Below are positions 19,355-29,414 of a stretch of DNA of 64,000 bases, one piece after another. The notes beneath the pieces were generated by a model. The model saw nothing but the letters and a program-made list of their open reading frames with translations, made no database searches and was not told the origin of the DNA. Source of the stretch: an uncultured virus (IMG/VR IMGVR_UViG_2937164673_000001) (Duplodnaviria > Heunggongvirae > Uroviricota > Caudoviricetes); the IMG/VR virus record IMGVR_UViG_2937164673_000001, one strand, 5' to 3'. The position numbers and the translations under genes are program-made. Numbering within the stretch: position 1 is the first letter of the stretch; each line of letters starts with the position of its first letter.

Positions 19355-19453
19355 CTACTTTATAATGATGATTTTAAGAAATAACTTTATTAGGCTACAC
19401 TCAAAGTAAAAAGCCTTGTAGGGTTGTTTCTTTTCTTTTTCATTATGTTTCAT
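19355..19453 (-). CDS. 32-aa peptide, type I toxin-like
   Basis: MKHNEKEKKQPYKAFYFECSLIKLFLKIIIIK; SD AAGGAGGTG inside hairpin CTCCTT-GAGT-AAGGAG; opposing TGATATAAT promoter near 19283. Confidence 0.55.
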   Translation of the reverse strand: MKHNEKEKKQPYKAFYFECSLIKLFLKIIIIK

Positions 19454-19620
19454 GTTGTCACCTCCTTACTCAAGGAGATATAACAATTTTAAACTTAAGT
19501 ATTGTAATAGTCAATTACTGAATGATGTAGTTTTATTTCTGTTGAGTATGATATAATTCAAAGCGCTATCACTATTTATTATTTTTGAATACTATTTCAA
19601 AATAAAGGTGGTGATACATT

Positions 19621-19719
19621 TTGACCTTGTTAACTCTCATCTTAAAATATCTATTACAATTACTTATTGCAATAGCGCCCGTTGTGGTCGCTTGGTATCT
19701 TGATAAATATCATAAGTAA
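19621..19719 (+). CDS. Fst/Lpt-like type I toxin
   Basis: MTLLTLILKYLLQLLIAIAPVVVAWYLDKYHK; bidirectional terminator near 19748-19785; direct repeat of the translation-start region at 19791-19820; convergent promoter near 19830. Confidence 0.75.
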   Translation: MTLLTLILKYLLQLLIAIAPVVVAWYLDKYHK

Positions 19720-19744
19720 TTAAATAGATTAGTGGTAGTTACAA

Positions 19745-19822
19745 AATAAAAGCCTTTTAGTATTTGCGGTACTAAAAGGCTTTTTGTATAGTGATACATC
19801 TTGACCACTAACACTCATCTGT
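19745..19822 (-). ncRNA. RNAII-like antitoxin of the Fst-like toxin
   Basis: GTGATACATCTTGACC...CTCATCT repeats GTGATACATTTTGACC...CTCATCT around the toxin start; par(pAD1)-type layout. Confidence 0.65.
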
Positions 19823-20021
19823 ATATATTATAACATCAATTGATTAAAAATAAACAAATATAGTCAAGAATGATCAAGGTTGTTTAGTTATATTTGTTAA
19901 TTATGTTCAAGTATAGTCAATAATAGTCAATTATGTTCAATGATTGTGTAGTTTTATTTATGTTGAGTATGGTATAATAATTATAACTTACCATGTTATA
20001 AAGTAAAAAGGAGGTGAAGTC

Positions 20022-20252
20022 TTGGTTAGTGAAGCACAAAAGCAAGCGAAAAAGAATTATGAAAAAGCTAATCCAGATAAAGCTTACTATTGGAAGCGTA
20101 AGAGTGAGGCGGGGGGCTTTATTCGCCCATCATCTAAAACAAGATTATACCAATTAATAAAATCTAATATAGATATAAGAGATACTTATATCAGTGACTT
20201 GAAAGAGTTTAAAATTGAATTAGATAAACGCCTAAAAGAATTACAAGAGTAG
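20022..20252 (+). CDS. Small basic protein, candidate repressor of the early promoters
   Basis: GGAGGTG RBS; operator-like palindrome at 19981-20002 between its promoter and start. Confidence 0.65.
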   Translation: MVSEAQKQAKKNYEKANPDKAYYWKRKSEAGGFIRPSSKTRLYQLIKSNIDIRDTYISDLKEFKIELDKRLKELQE

Positions 20253-20289
20253 TTATTATAACTATTCTTATTTTTTTTACAAAAAATCG

Positions 20290-20735
20290 TTGACTTTATA
20301 ACTTGCGATGTTATAATCGAAATCGTCAAAAGGACAACGGCAATAAATACCAAGTATCAAAAATAATTTGAAAAAGGTATTGACAATTATAACATCGGAA
20401 GTTATAATAAAGCCGTAAAGTTGATTAGGACAATCACAATAAAGAGCAGTCATCGAACTAGCCTAGGTGATTAAAAATTAATCAAATTTACTTCTTGACA
20501 ATTATAACATCGGAAGTTATAATAAAAGCACAAACTTAATAAATGGATTGAAAGTGAGTTCACTTGAGTATCTAACTTTGACTTCAAGGTCAACCGCTAA
20601 AATTCAAAAATTAAGTCTTGACAGTTATAACATCGGAAGTTATAATGGAGTCACGATAAAGGAGCAAGCAATCGCAAGCCTTGAAGCGATTAAGAAATAA
20701 AAGGTTAGTTTATATAACTTACGATGTTATATAAA
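20290..20735 (+). promoter_or_regulatory. Four tandem consensus sigma-A promoters with an embedded palindromic operator
   Basis: TTGACA-17-TATAAT at about 20380, 20496 and 20618 (TTGACT variant at 20290), each containing TTATAAC-N7-GTTATAA; further operator near 20712. Confidence 0.85.
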
Positions 20736-21287
20736 ATACTCAAACTAATTGGAAAGTTACCAATTTAAAAAACGTTAGTAGTCGCAACTCAATCAAGACT
20801 GTACCGAAAAGGGTCTGGATAAGGCGTTATTATCACCTAGGGTTATGGTGAAAGCTACCCAACAAGGCTATGCAACGGGTGAAAGATCAGGGCACGTGGA
20901 GAGCATGGTGCTAATTCTACAGACTGGGCGTAAACGTTACCGTTAAATAACGACCTCCGCACGGCGGGAAATAATTACAACGGCGAACTTTGAAAATTAA
21001 ATAAAACTTGCAAACACTACCACGGACTGAGTGGAATGCTTGAAAACTGGATAGCGAATGCAAGGCGGGTTATATGGTGGCAGCATATAAATCGTGAGTA
21101 TGGACCATAAAAGGGGAAGATTAGCCTATTAAGTGGGGCTTGAACTGGACGGGGTTTATACATACAAACACTGACGACACTTAACGAACACTATTAATTG
21201 TTTTTAGAGAGCCTTATCAACACGATAAGACTCTATATAAAGCGATTAATAATAACCGCTGAAATAAATTAGAAGGGTTTTGATATT

Positions 21288-21491
21288 ATGATGTCACAAA
21301 AAGAACTACAGAAATACGCAGACAAGAATTACAAGTTGGTTGATCCTGAATACATTAAGCAATTAGAGCAGGATAGCGAAAAGCTAACCAAATACAAGAA
21401 GTACAGTATTTTGGCACTATTCATTATAGTTATTGTTATTGCAATGACTCTCCCGCTTCTTCGTGTACTATTGACTAACCTATTAAACTAA
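21288..21491 (+). CDS. Hypothetical membrane protein
   Basis: C-terminal hydrophobic helix; first ORF of the early operon. Confidence 0.6.
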   Translation: MMSQKELQKYADKNYKLVDPEYIKQLEQDSEKLTKYKKYSILALFIIVIVIAMTLPLLRVLLTNLLN

Positions 21492-21554
21492 TGTAATCTT
21501 ACACTATTAATCACAACAAAAATACGAAAATATATTAATTAAGGGGCAAATATC

Positions 21555-21911
21555 ATGACACAACAATACAATTACTACGAAAACGTTAAGAACGATGTAC
21601 TCGACTTCATCAAGGATAACGAAATTAATATCAACAAAGTTGACCGTGAAGAACTCAACGAACAACTTTGGGTTGAAGATTCTGTAACTGGCAATGGCTC
21701 AGGATCATATACTTTCAACGCCAACAAGGCCAAGGAATACGTTGATGATAACAAGGACTTGATCCGCGAAGCAATTGATGAAGGGTTTATGGACCGTCAA
21801 AAAACTGCTGAATGGTGGCTTGATGATTGCTATGAATCAATTGACGTTTCCCTGCGTTGCTATGTATTAAGTCAAGCGATTGATGATGCTATCGAAGAAT
21901 TAGAAGACTAA
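21555..21911 (+). CDS. Hypothetical phage protein
   Basis: RBS AAGGGG; acidic; DSVTGNGSGSYT motif. Confidence 0.75.
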   Translation: MTQQYNYYENVKNDVLDFIKDNEININKVDREELNEQLWVEDSVTGNGSGSYTFNANKAKEYVDDNKDLIREAIDEGFMDRQKTAEWWLDDCYESIDVSLRCYVLSQAIDDAIEELED

Positions 21912-21951
21912 CCACAACCACACAATACAACCACTTGGAGGACAAATAACC

Positions 21952-22281
21952 ATGAAGAAAAATATTGCACTAATCGTATTAACCATAACAACTATCGTAA
22001 GCGTTATCGGCTGGATTATTTCATCGTGTGAATCACGCTCAAACGCAATCACAATGCGCAGTGAGGCAAAAATCATCAATCGCACTATTGGTCACAAGCA
22101 AAAGAATTTATCGCTCAAGAATGACGACACTATTAAAACTCAGAATTTCGAGGTTGAGTACCACGATCAAGGCGATGGTGATTATACCCTTGTTGTTGTT
22201 CCTACTGATAAGTCACAAAAAATTGTGGGGCAACAGGGTGAAGGCGCTGATGGTATTGAATTGGTCAACGTTAAGAAATAA
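21952..22281 (+). CDS. Hypothetical membrane-anchored protein
   Basis: GGAGG RBS; N-terminal TM or signal peptide. Confidence 0.7.
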   Translation: MKKNIALIVLTITTIVSVIGWIISSCESRSNAITMRSEAKIINRTIGHKQKNLSLKNDDTIKTQNFEVEYHDQGDGDYTLVVVPTDKSQKIVGQQGEGADGIELVNVKK

Positions 22282-22360
22282 AGAAATTATCACTATTAAT
22301 TACAACCACTATTAAAAATCTAACCAATCGAGAAAAACGTAAATAGCGGAGGAATTTATC

Positions 22361-24750
22361 ATGATGAACTTAAAGAAGAACGCACAAAACAGCCAAGGAC
22401 AAGCAATGGACTTATTTATAGGAAGAAGCGACGAAGCCCTCATAACAATGTTACAAGTTTCAAAAGAGAGAAATATTCAATTTTTGAAGTTTGAAGAAAA
22501 TTATATCTTTTTTATTAACTATCGTAATCTTGACGGTCTTATTTCAAGTCAAAAGTACAAATACTTTATCACCATTGCAGAAGGAAGCATAAAAGAAGGG
22601 GGCGATTTTGAAAGAGCATGGTTCTTTACGAATGATGACGAAAAAGTAGAAAAAATCAAAGCGTACAAGACAGTTGATGAATTGAATGAGGAAAAGCATT
22701 TAGAGATAAAAAATACATGTAATCTGGATGGAAAGATTTTTCCCAATAGATGGGAACGCGAAGAAATGGCACTTTCAGGAATGTACTTGGGTCGTCCTAG
22801 TTAGGACGAAAAGAAATTATCACTATTAATTACTGGACAGAAAATAAATTAACTAATTGGAGGAAATAAAAATGAATGAATTTAAGACAAAAGCGAGCCA
22901 GAAGAAACTTGATAAGTTTATCGAACTTGTCTTAACGAAAGCTAACAAAAAGGGCATCAGGGTTGCGAGCTTATGTAATGACGCAATTGCAGTTTTTACA
23001 TTCAACAAGTTGTGGGAATATGACGTAATCAATCAAGCGGTAGTTGATAACTACTGGTGGTGCTTACGTATCGAACACTAAAAAGAAATTGTTAAGGAGG
23101 AATTAGTCATGAAGAAATTACGCTATCGCCGAGAAAATTATCCAGTTACTTTCAAATGGATTAAGCCAGACGACTACTTTGATGGTGAGGTAATTCGTAA
23201 GTCCTGGTATTTCAGTGTATGCGATTGGTTCGGCAATGTGCTTGAAGGATTTTATGACGAAAATGAATTGCTGGAATACATTGAGGATATGGACGGCGAA
23301 GAAACCGAGGATATTCAAGTGTTTGCCTATCCACAAGAAGATGGCGAAAGTGTAGAAAAGCATGAATTAGTTAGTATTGCAGGAGGAATGCCAGTTAGTC
23401 AAGCAACTATTGTTAAAGAAAAATATGTTTTTCCTAACTGGTAGAAGCAAAAAGAATTTTTAGATAAACGGAGGAAATAGAAAATGGAAAAATCAATTTG
23501 GACGAAAACACAAAAAGCCTTATTCGATTGGTTAGTACAGTGGGAAGTTGACGGTGATGAGGAATTAGCAACAAAAATCGTAAATGCCGGTTATTTAGGT
23601 TACGAATATGGAGCAATTGGTTGTGAGGAAGTCGATCGGGAACAATATGAAAACGATAGTGATTATCGTTCATTCATTGATAGCCAGTCAGGAAATTGGA
23701 GAGATGATGAAGATTTACCTGGAAGTAAATGGTGGCTGATTGGTGCCCAATATTAAAAATCACATAATTGGAGGAAATTAAGATGAGTAAATTAGATAAA
23801 ATGAAAAACTACTTAAAGCAGGTAATCGAAATCAATTTTGATTATATCGACGAAATCAAACAGATGCCTCAAAGTCAAATTGATTTCATGGGTGGAGTTG
23901 CTGAATGGTATGCAACTACAGGGTGTTCATCTTACTACACCGAAATAGTTAATGCGATCAAGTTTGCAGGTTACAAATATCCAAGTAGTGAAAGTGTTTG
24001 GGAAAAGGCAATACAGGTAAAAGATGAAATTGTTAGAGAAAAACTGAGCTATTTATCAATTTAGATAAAATATGTATTTTATAAAGAAGTTTAGGTGCTA
24101 GAAACGTTGATATAACGGTATTTATGAATTGGAGGAAATAGAAAATGACGATTTATGAATTGATTTACAAGGCAAATGAAAATGATGGGAATGCATCACA
24201 CCCAGTTGGCTTATACAGTAGTTTTGAAAATGCAAAAACGGCAGGTGAGCGATTATTTAAGAATATCACCGGCCAAAAGGAATTTTATTGGACGATGGAA
24301 TATGGAACTTATGTCCGTTTTGATGGAGAAAATGGTGCCACATCATGCCTAGATATTATCCCAGTAGAAGTTGATTCAGTTCTTATGTAAAGAAAATTTT
24401 GGAGGAAATTAAAAATGAGTTATTTTGATGCAAATTTTGATGAAAAGTCATTCAAGAAAGAGTTAAACAGGGTAGTGAAATTGCATTTGAAGAAAGCCGC
24501 CGCTTATAAGTTAGGCGAGCCACTAGCAATAATTGAAGCCAAATGCGCAATCGCTTTAAGTGAAACTGAGGAATTTCACAAGGCATTAATTGATAGCTTA
24601 ACCGAGAAAGAAAAAAGTGATGTCGATTTCTACAGCGCTAATTATTTCCATACCATGGAAAACTGCATGGGTGAAAAAATTATGAACGCATGGAATGCTG
24701 GTAAGAAAGATAAGGCAATCGATATGTATAAACACCCGCTATCGTACTAA
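22361..24750 (+). other. Run of small early hypothetical CDS (22361-22804, 22872-23081, 23109-23444, 23484-23756, 23783-24064, 24145-24390, 24415-24750)
   Basis: Co-oriented; each preceded by a near-identical GGAGGAAAT-type RBS. Confidence 0.75.
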
Positions 24751-24814
24751 TCAAAAGAAATTTTCATACCAAATACACTATTAAAAATAAATTCACTATT
24801 AAGAGGTAATTAAC

Positions 24815-25627
24815 ATGAATACACAAACACTATTAAATAACGTGGCAACTATTAATAAAGACAACGCAATCATCGTAAACGCAAAAGATTTTTTGAAAGA
24901 ATTACGGCAAGTTGCAACGGCAGTCGCTAAACCATCTGATCACCGCCCTAACTTAACATTCGTACATGTTCGAGTTACAGAAAATAATTTGATTTTAGAA
25001 GCAACTGATAGCCATGTACTGGAGCGAGCAAATGTAGCAGCAAGCATTCCAGATGAGTTAGTTGGGAAAGAATTTTTAATTGATGGTAAGTTTGCAAAGA
25101 ATTTATCTAAGACCCCGACAAAATTTGGCAAGTCATTGTGGTTATTTCCAAAAATTGTGAACCGTAAATATTCAGGCTTGTTAACCGTTGCAGCTAATGG
25201 AGAAAAATATATTGATGATAGCCGAGGAAATATTAGTGTGTTTGGTTATCCAGATTTAGTACGCGTTACACCATACCTTAATGATGCAGCCGTTAAGTTT
25301 GATGTACAACAAAAAGAAATTTTTCCAGTGTTGAAAGAAATAGTAAAAAAGTCTGATGTAGGAGCACTTTTGGTAAAAGGTAATGTAGTAAAACTTAAAT
25401 ACTTTGATGGGAGGAAAGATTTAGAGTTCCCACTCGCAGTCACTAATGTAGAAGTAGAAGGTGAGTTTGAAATTAATTTCAACGTGAAGAAATTAAAGCA
25501 ACGTTTACAACATCTTAGTAGTCGAGAAAATCTAACATTTAGATTCTACCAAAATGCTTACCGTCCATTCACAATTTCACGAGAAAATGGTGGGCTTGGT
25601 TTGGTTTGCCCTATTCGTTTGTACTAA
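24815..25627 (+). CDS. DNA polymerase III beta-clamp-like protein (shortened)
   Basis: EATDSHVL, YPDLVRV, INFNVKKL and RPFTI...LVCPIR match DnaN domain II/III motifs; only 270 aa. Confidence 0.7.
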   Translation: MNTQTLLNNVATINKDNAIIVNAKDFLKELRQVATAVAKPSDHRPNLTFVHVRVTENNLILEATDSHVLERANVAASIPDELVGKEFLIDGKFAKNLSKTPTKFGKSLWLFPKIVNRKYSGLLTVAANGEKYIDDSRGNISVFGYPDLVRVTPYLNDAAVKFDVQQKEIFPVLKEIVKKSDVGALLVKGNVVKLKYFDGRKDLEFPLAVTNVEVEGEFEINFNVKKLKQRLQHLSSRENLTFRFYQNAYRPFTISRENGGLGLVCPIRLY

Positions 25628-25652
25628 AAGAATTTTTGGTGGTGATTTTAGA

Positions 25653-26878
25653 GTGAGATTTTTAATTGACACTGGCGATGGATTTCGTGAGCGAGTTAAT
25701 GAACAAGAATTAATAAAGTGGGGTTCCTCATTAGGGTTAGGAATTGAAATGACCTTATCCGAGGCAATCGAAGCACTAGAAAATGTTGGGTATAAGGTGC
25801 AACTGTTAGAAGAAAAAGAAATTTTAGGAGAGTGAATAAAATGCTATTAGCTTATGATGGTTATGATAACAGGGACGATTACCTTTGTGATTGTCCTACT
25901 ATGTTTAATGTTTACTTCAATAAAAAGCGGTTGGTTAAGGCAATGAATTATTTAGGAATTAGCAATTGGAAAGAATTTTTGCAAAACGAATATACCAGTG
26001 ATGATACACAAGAAATTATGAGTTATTTCGATGAGCATGGTTGGCGTTACAAGAAAATCCCCGCCTAATTCCAAATGAGAAAAATAATTCAGGAGGTTGA
26101 ATAAAATGATTAAGAAAGATTGGTTATTAGAAGCAAGTGTTGATGGTAGTTTTGTTGATTATGAGCAAACTTACACGGTTGAAAGTGAAACGGGTGATCC
26201 ATCATACGAAGATATGGTAGAGGCGCAGACAATTGCCGAGGACCATGGCTGCAAAGAATATATGTTGACCGAGTTAGACTAAAAAGAAATTTTGAGGAGT
26301 TGAGTAAAATGGAAAATTTAGCAGGACAAAAAGAAAAATTAATGCAAGAAGCAAAAGAAATCGTTAATACAAGAGCTGATGAGCTTTCAGCGCAACATGA
26401 TTTAGATGACTTAGAAGGCACCCTTGATTGGGTTAGTGACGTTATTAAAGGTAAAAGTGAAGCAGTTACCGAAGATGAGAAAATTGCAGAAATTTGGCAA
26501 TCTGTTATGACCTTATTTAACAATTTGCATTAGATAAAACAGATATTTTAGCATAGGTACGAATTGGAGAAAATTATCATGATCGGAATAAAATTACACA
26601 CAGAATTAGTAAGTTTAGTAGAAACAGGAATTGGAGAGGTAATTCTTACATTAAAGCGTGGGGAAGAAGAAAAAGAAATTTTAATTGCTGAATGTGGATT
26701 GTCGGACGTTGTTTACGAGTCGGCGATTGACTACTACCTAGACAACGAACATTGGACGCAAGAACATTTTGACGACTATTGGGAAAATGGTGGTGAGGAT
26801 AAAGAGATCGACAACTACATTGATGGAATTGTCGATCTTTACGATGATGATTCTGCTTGGGAAGAACTTAACTGGTAA
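25653..26878 (+). other. Run of small hypothetical CDS (about 25653-25835, 25832-26068, 26097-26282, 26300-26533, 26579-26878)
   Basis: Co-oriented ORFs with RBSs. Confidence 0.7.
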
Positions 26879-26929
26879 AAATTATTTATGATTTATAGGG
26901 CTGGTGAGATAATAATCTTAGGTGATAAC

Positions 26930-27139
26930 ATGAGAAACAATAATGATGATTTTTTTAATTTTGACGAGGATATTAGAAAAGATTTGATAGAACAAGGATA
27001 TAAGGGTGAGCAGCTTACTAGCAAATTTGAGAAAATGAAGAAGAAAATGTCCATTGCAATGGACGAGTTAATTGAAGAGGCGGAAGATGATAATGATTCA
27101 ATGGACAAGAAAGAATTTGAAAAAGAAATCGACTTATAG
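26930..27139 (+). CDS. Acidic mini-protein resembling an AbrB/MazE-type antitoxin C-terminal domain
   Basis: DDFFNFDEDIRKDLIEQGYKGEQL pattern recalled from Firmicutes AbrB-type antitoxins; no DNA-binding domain. Confidence 0.5.
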   Translation: MRNNNDDFFNFDEDIRKDLIEQGYKGEQLTSKFEKMKKKMSIAMDELIEEAEDDNDSMDKKEFEKEIDL

Positions 27140-27292
27140 TGATAATTCAATAGGTCGAAAAGCTGTTAAAGAAACACTTCTTCTTGTTAATCAGGGCGTA
27201 GCTGAACAAATTAAAAAGCGAGAAAATGATGAAGAGGAAGATTTTGATAGGGTTTGGAATGAACCATGAGTAGAAAGAAAAGGTGAAAAATC

Positions 27293-27373
27293 GTGGAACC
27301 GGCAACACAAGAAATGATAGATAAAATCTTTGAAGAAGATGCAGAATTAATAGATGCGCTCAAGAATTTATAA
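27293..27373 (+). CDS. 26-aa mini-ORF duplicating the C terminus of the neighbouring antitoxin
   Basis: (M)EPATQEMIDKIFEEDAELIDALKNL versus SKDTQKMIDKIFDEDSDLIDALKDL; AAGGTG RBS. Confidence 0.6.
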   Translation: MEPATQEMIDKIFEEDAELIDALKNL

Positions 27374-27450
27374 AACACGTCTTTTACAAAAGCAAGAATC
27401 GGAGTAATTGTAATCACTAATATGCTATAATGTGATTACGAGGTGATATT

Positions 27451-27696
27451 ATGCAAGAAATTCATGAAAACTCAAAATTTTTTAAGTCTGGAAATTCATT
27501 TGGTTTACGATTGACCAAGAGTGACAAAGAAAAAATGCACGCTCAACCAGGTGACGAATATGAAAAAGATATTTCTTCCGATGGTCGAGTAATAACATTT
27601 AAAAAGAAAGAAAGTATAAGTAAAGATACACAGAAAATGATAGATAAAATTTTCGATGAAGACTCCGATTTAATAGACGCTCTCAAGGATTTGTAG
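27451..27696 (+). CDS. AbrB/MazE-family antitoxin
   Basis: KSGNSFGLRL AbrB motif; upstream of doc. Confidence 0.85.
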   Translation: MQEIHENSKFFKSGNSFGLRLTKSDKEKMHAQPGDEYEKDISSDGRVITFKKKESISKDTQKMIDKIFDEDSDLIDALKDL

Positions 27697-27697
27697 T

Positions 27698-28111
27698 ATG
27701 GAATATTTAACAGAAAAAGAAATTTTAGCTGTAAATAGACAGGTGATTAGAAAAGCGGGTGAAGGAGTTTATGGGCTGCAATACCCGGAAGGTTTAAGTT
27801 TAGTAGTTGAACAGCCACAGATGGTTGTTTTTGGTACGGAATTATATCCAACAATTTGGGTTAAAGCCGCGTATGTGATGCAGAAGATTACAAAAAAGCA
27901 TATATTTTCTGACGGAAATAAAAGAACAGCTTACGTTGCTACAAAGCTATTCTTAATGAAAAATGATTATCATCTCAAAGTTACTAAGGATGAGGGTATA
28001 GCTTTAATGCTTGGTATTACTACACAGGATGATACCGAAGAAATTATGCTTAAAGTAGCAAAGTTCTTAAAAGAACATTCAAGTCGAATCAAAGAGCAAG
28101 ACCACCACTAA
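27698..28111 (+). CDS. doc: Doc-type (Fic/Doc) toxin
   Basis: HIFSDGNKRTA motif. Confidence 0.9.
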   Translation: MEYLTEKEILAVNRQVIRKAGEGVYGLQYPEGLSLVVEQPQMVVFGTELYPTIWVKAAYVMQKITKKHIFSDGNKRTAYVATKLFLMKNDYHLKVTKDEGIALMLGITTQDDTEEIMLKVAKFLKEHSSRIKEQDHH

Positions 28112-28377
28112 TTTATATCAACGGTGGTTTTTTTTGAAACGTCTTTTACAAAAGAAATTTTAATCGAAGTTAAAAGACTTCATTTGAATTATGTTTAGCG
28201 AGAAAACTAGACAGCATTCAAATGAAGTCTTTATTATTTAGGAGGAAATATATTATGAATTTAATTAATCGGATTGGCGAAGAACTAGGATTCGCCTTTA
28301 ATTTTGTGAAGGTTGGATTATTGTTAACGTGCTTATTGGTAGCAATTGCAGATTTATTTATGTAGGAGGAGAAAATT

Positions 28378-28740
28378 ATGAACAGAGGAAGATTAATTGA
28401 TGATGCAGTAGAGATTTTTAGTAACCTATGTGGCTATATGGGCGTAACTGGGAAAATTTTGAATAGTAACGTTGGAAAGAATTTTCTTTGCGTTATTGCT
28501 CCCGAAGGTGGAATTCGTTCTTACGAATTAAATGATGATTGGTTAGAGAATATTACTGCTGGCTGGGATAAAAATAATACACGTGTGGAAATTACAAAAG
28601 ATATTATTTCAAAATTATCATTTGGTGGGCTTGATAGTACTCCATATTCAAATTTAAGCATTAATGATCGAGATTATTTTGATAATTTTAGTATTGAATT
28701 AGCTGATCTAACCGTTTCGAGAGTATATATGAAATTATAG
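28378..28740 (+). CDS. Hypothetical protein
   Basis: AGGAGG RBS; 120 aa. Confidence 0.7.
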   Translation: MNRGRLIDDAVEIFSNLCGYMGVTGKILNSNVGKNFLCVIAPEGGIRSYELNDDWLENITAGWDKNNTRVEITKDIISKLSFGGLDSTPYSNLSINDRDYFDNFSIELADLTVSRVYMKL

Positions 28741-28949
28741 GAGAATGTATGACGTATGACGCATTTAATTATTATCGGAGTTTGTTTCTTAATAGCAATT
28801 TGTATTGATTGGTGGGAAGGAAATTTTCCTCAAAAAATTGGAAAGAAAAATAAAATCAACCAAAAAGGGGGTCGTCATTCTAGGCGATCCTCTTTTTGGA
28901 ATAAGTAGTCGTTAAAATGACGTTTTTACAATGTAGAATGGAGAGAATT

Positions 28950-29297
28950 ATGAGTAAAGTACAGTATAAGCAGGGAGATATTATTTATTTAGACTTTAGT
29001 CCGGCTATAGATACTGAGATGGAGGGTATTCATCCAGCGGTAATTATTTCTAACGATCGATACAATCGTAATACAAATTATCTTATGGTAGCGCCAATCA
29101 CTTCTGGTGGGACTTATTTTAATGGTTACGTTAATTTACAGGGCTATGCAAATATATATGGTCGAGTAAATGCAACACAAATACATTGTTATTCTCGTGA
29201 AAGAGTGCGTTCTTTACCAATGGATAAATTACGACTAGAAGATTTCAACAAGGTTCAAAGACAACTTAGTAAAGTAATTAATGATTTTTGTATATAG
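28950..29297 (+). CDS. PemK/MazF-family toxin (no adjacent antitoxin seen)
   Basis: QGDIIYLDFSP...EMEGIHPAVIISND...VAPITS. Confidence 0.85.
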   Translation: MSKVQYKQGDIIYLDFSPAIDTEMEGIHPAVIISNDRYNRNTNYLMVAPITSGGTYFNGYVNLQGYANIYGRVNATQIHCYSRERVRSLPMDKLRLEDFNKVQRQLSKVINDFCI

Positions 29298-29414
29298 CGT
29301 TTTCAGCGAAAGAAATTTTTGGTAAAATAAAAGAGTTTTAAAACTAAATGGTCAATCGACGCAATTAGCTACGCTGATTGACCATTTTTGTGTAATTAGG
29401 AGGATATTTATATT

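Noticed and set aside
20290..20735. CRISPR-like repeats
   Set aside because: The repeats are consensus promoters with operators; intervening segments of about 60-90 bp are too long and uneven
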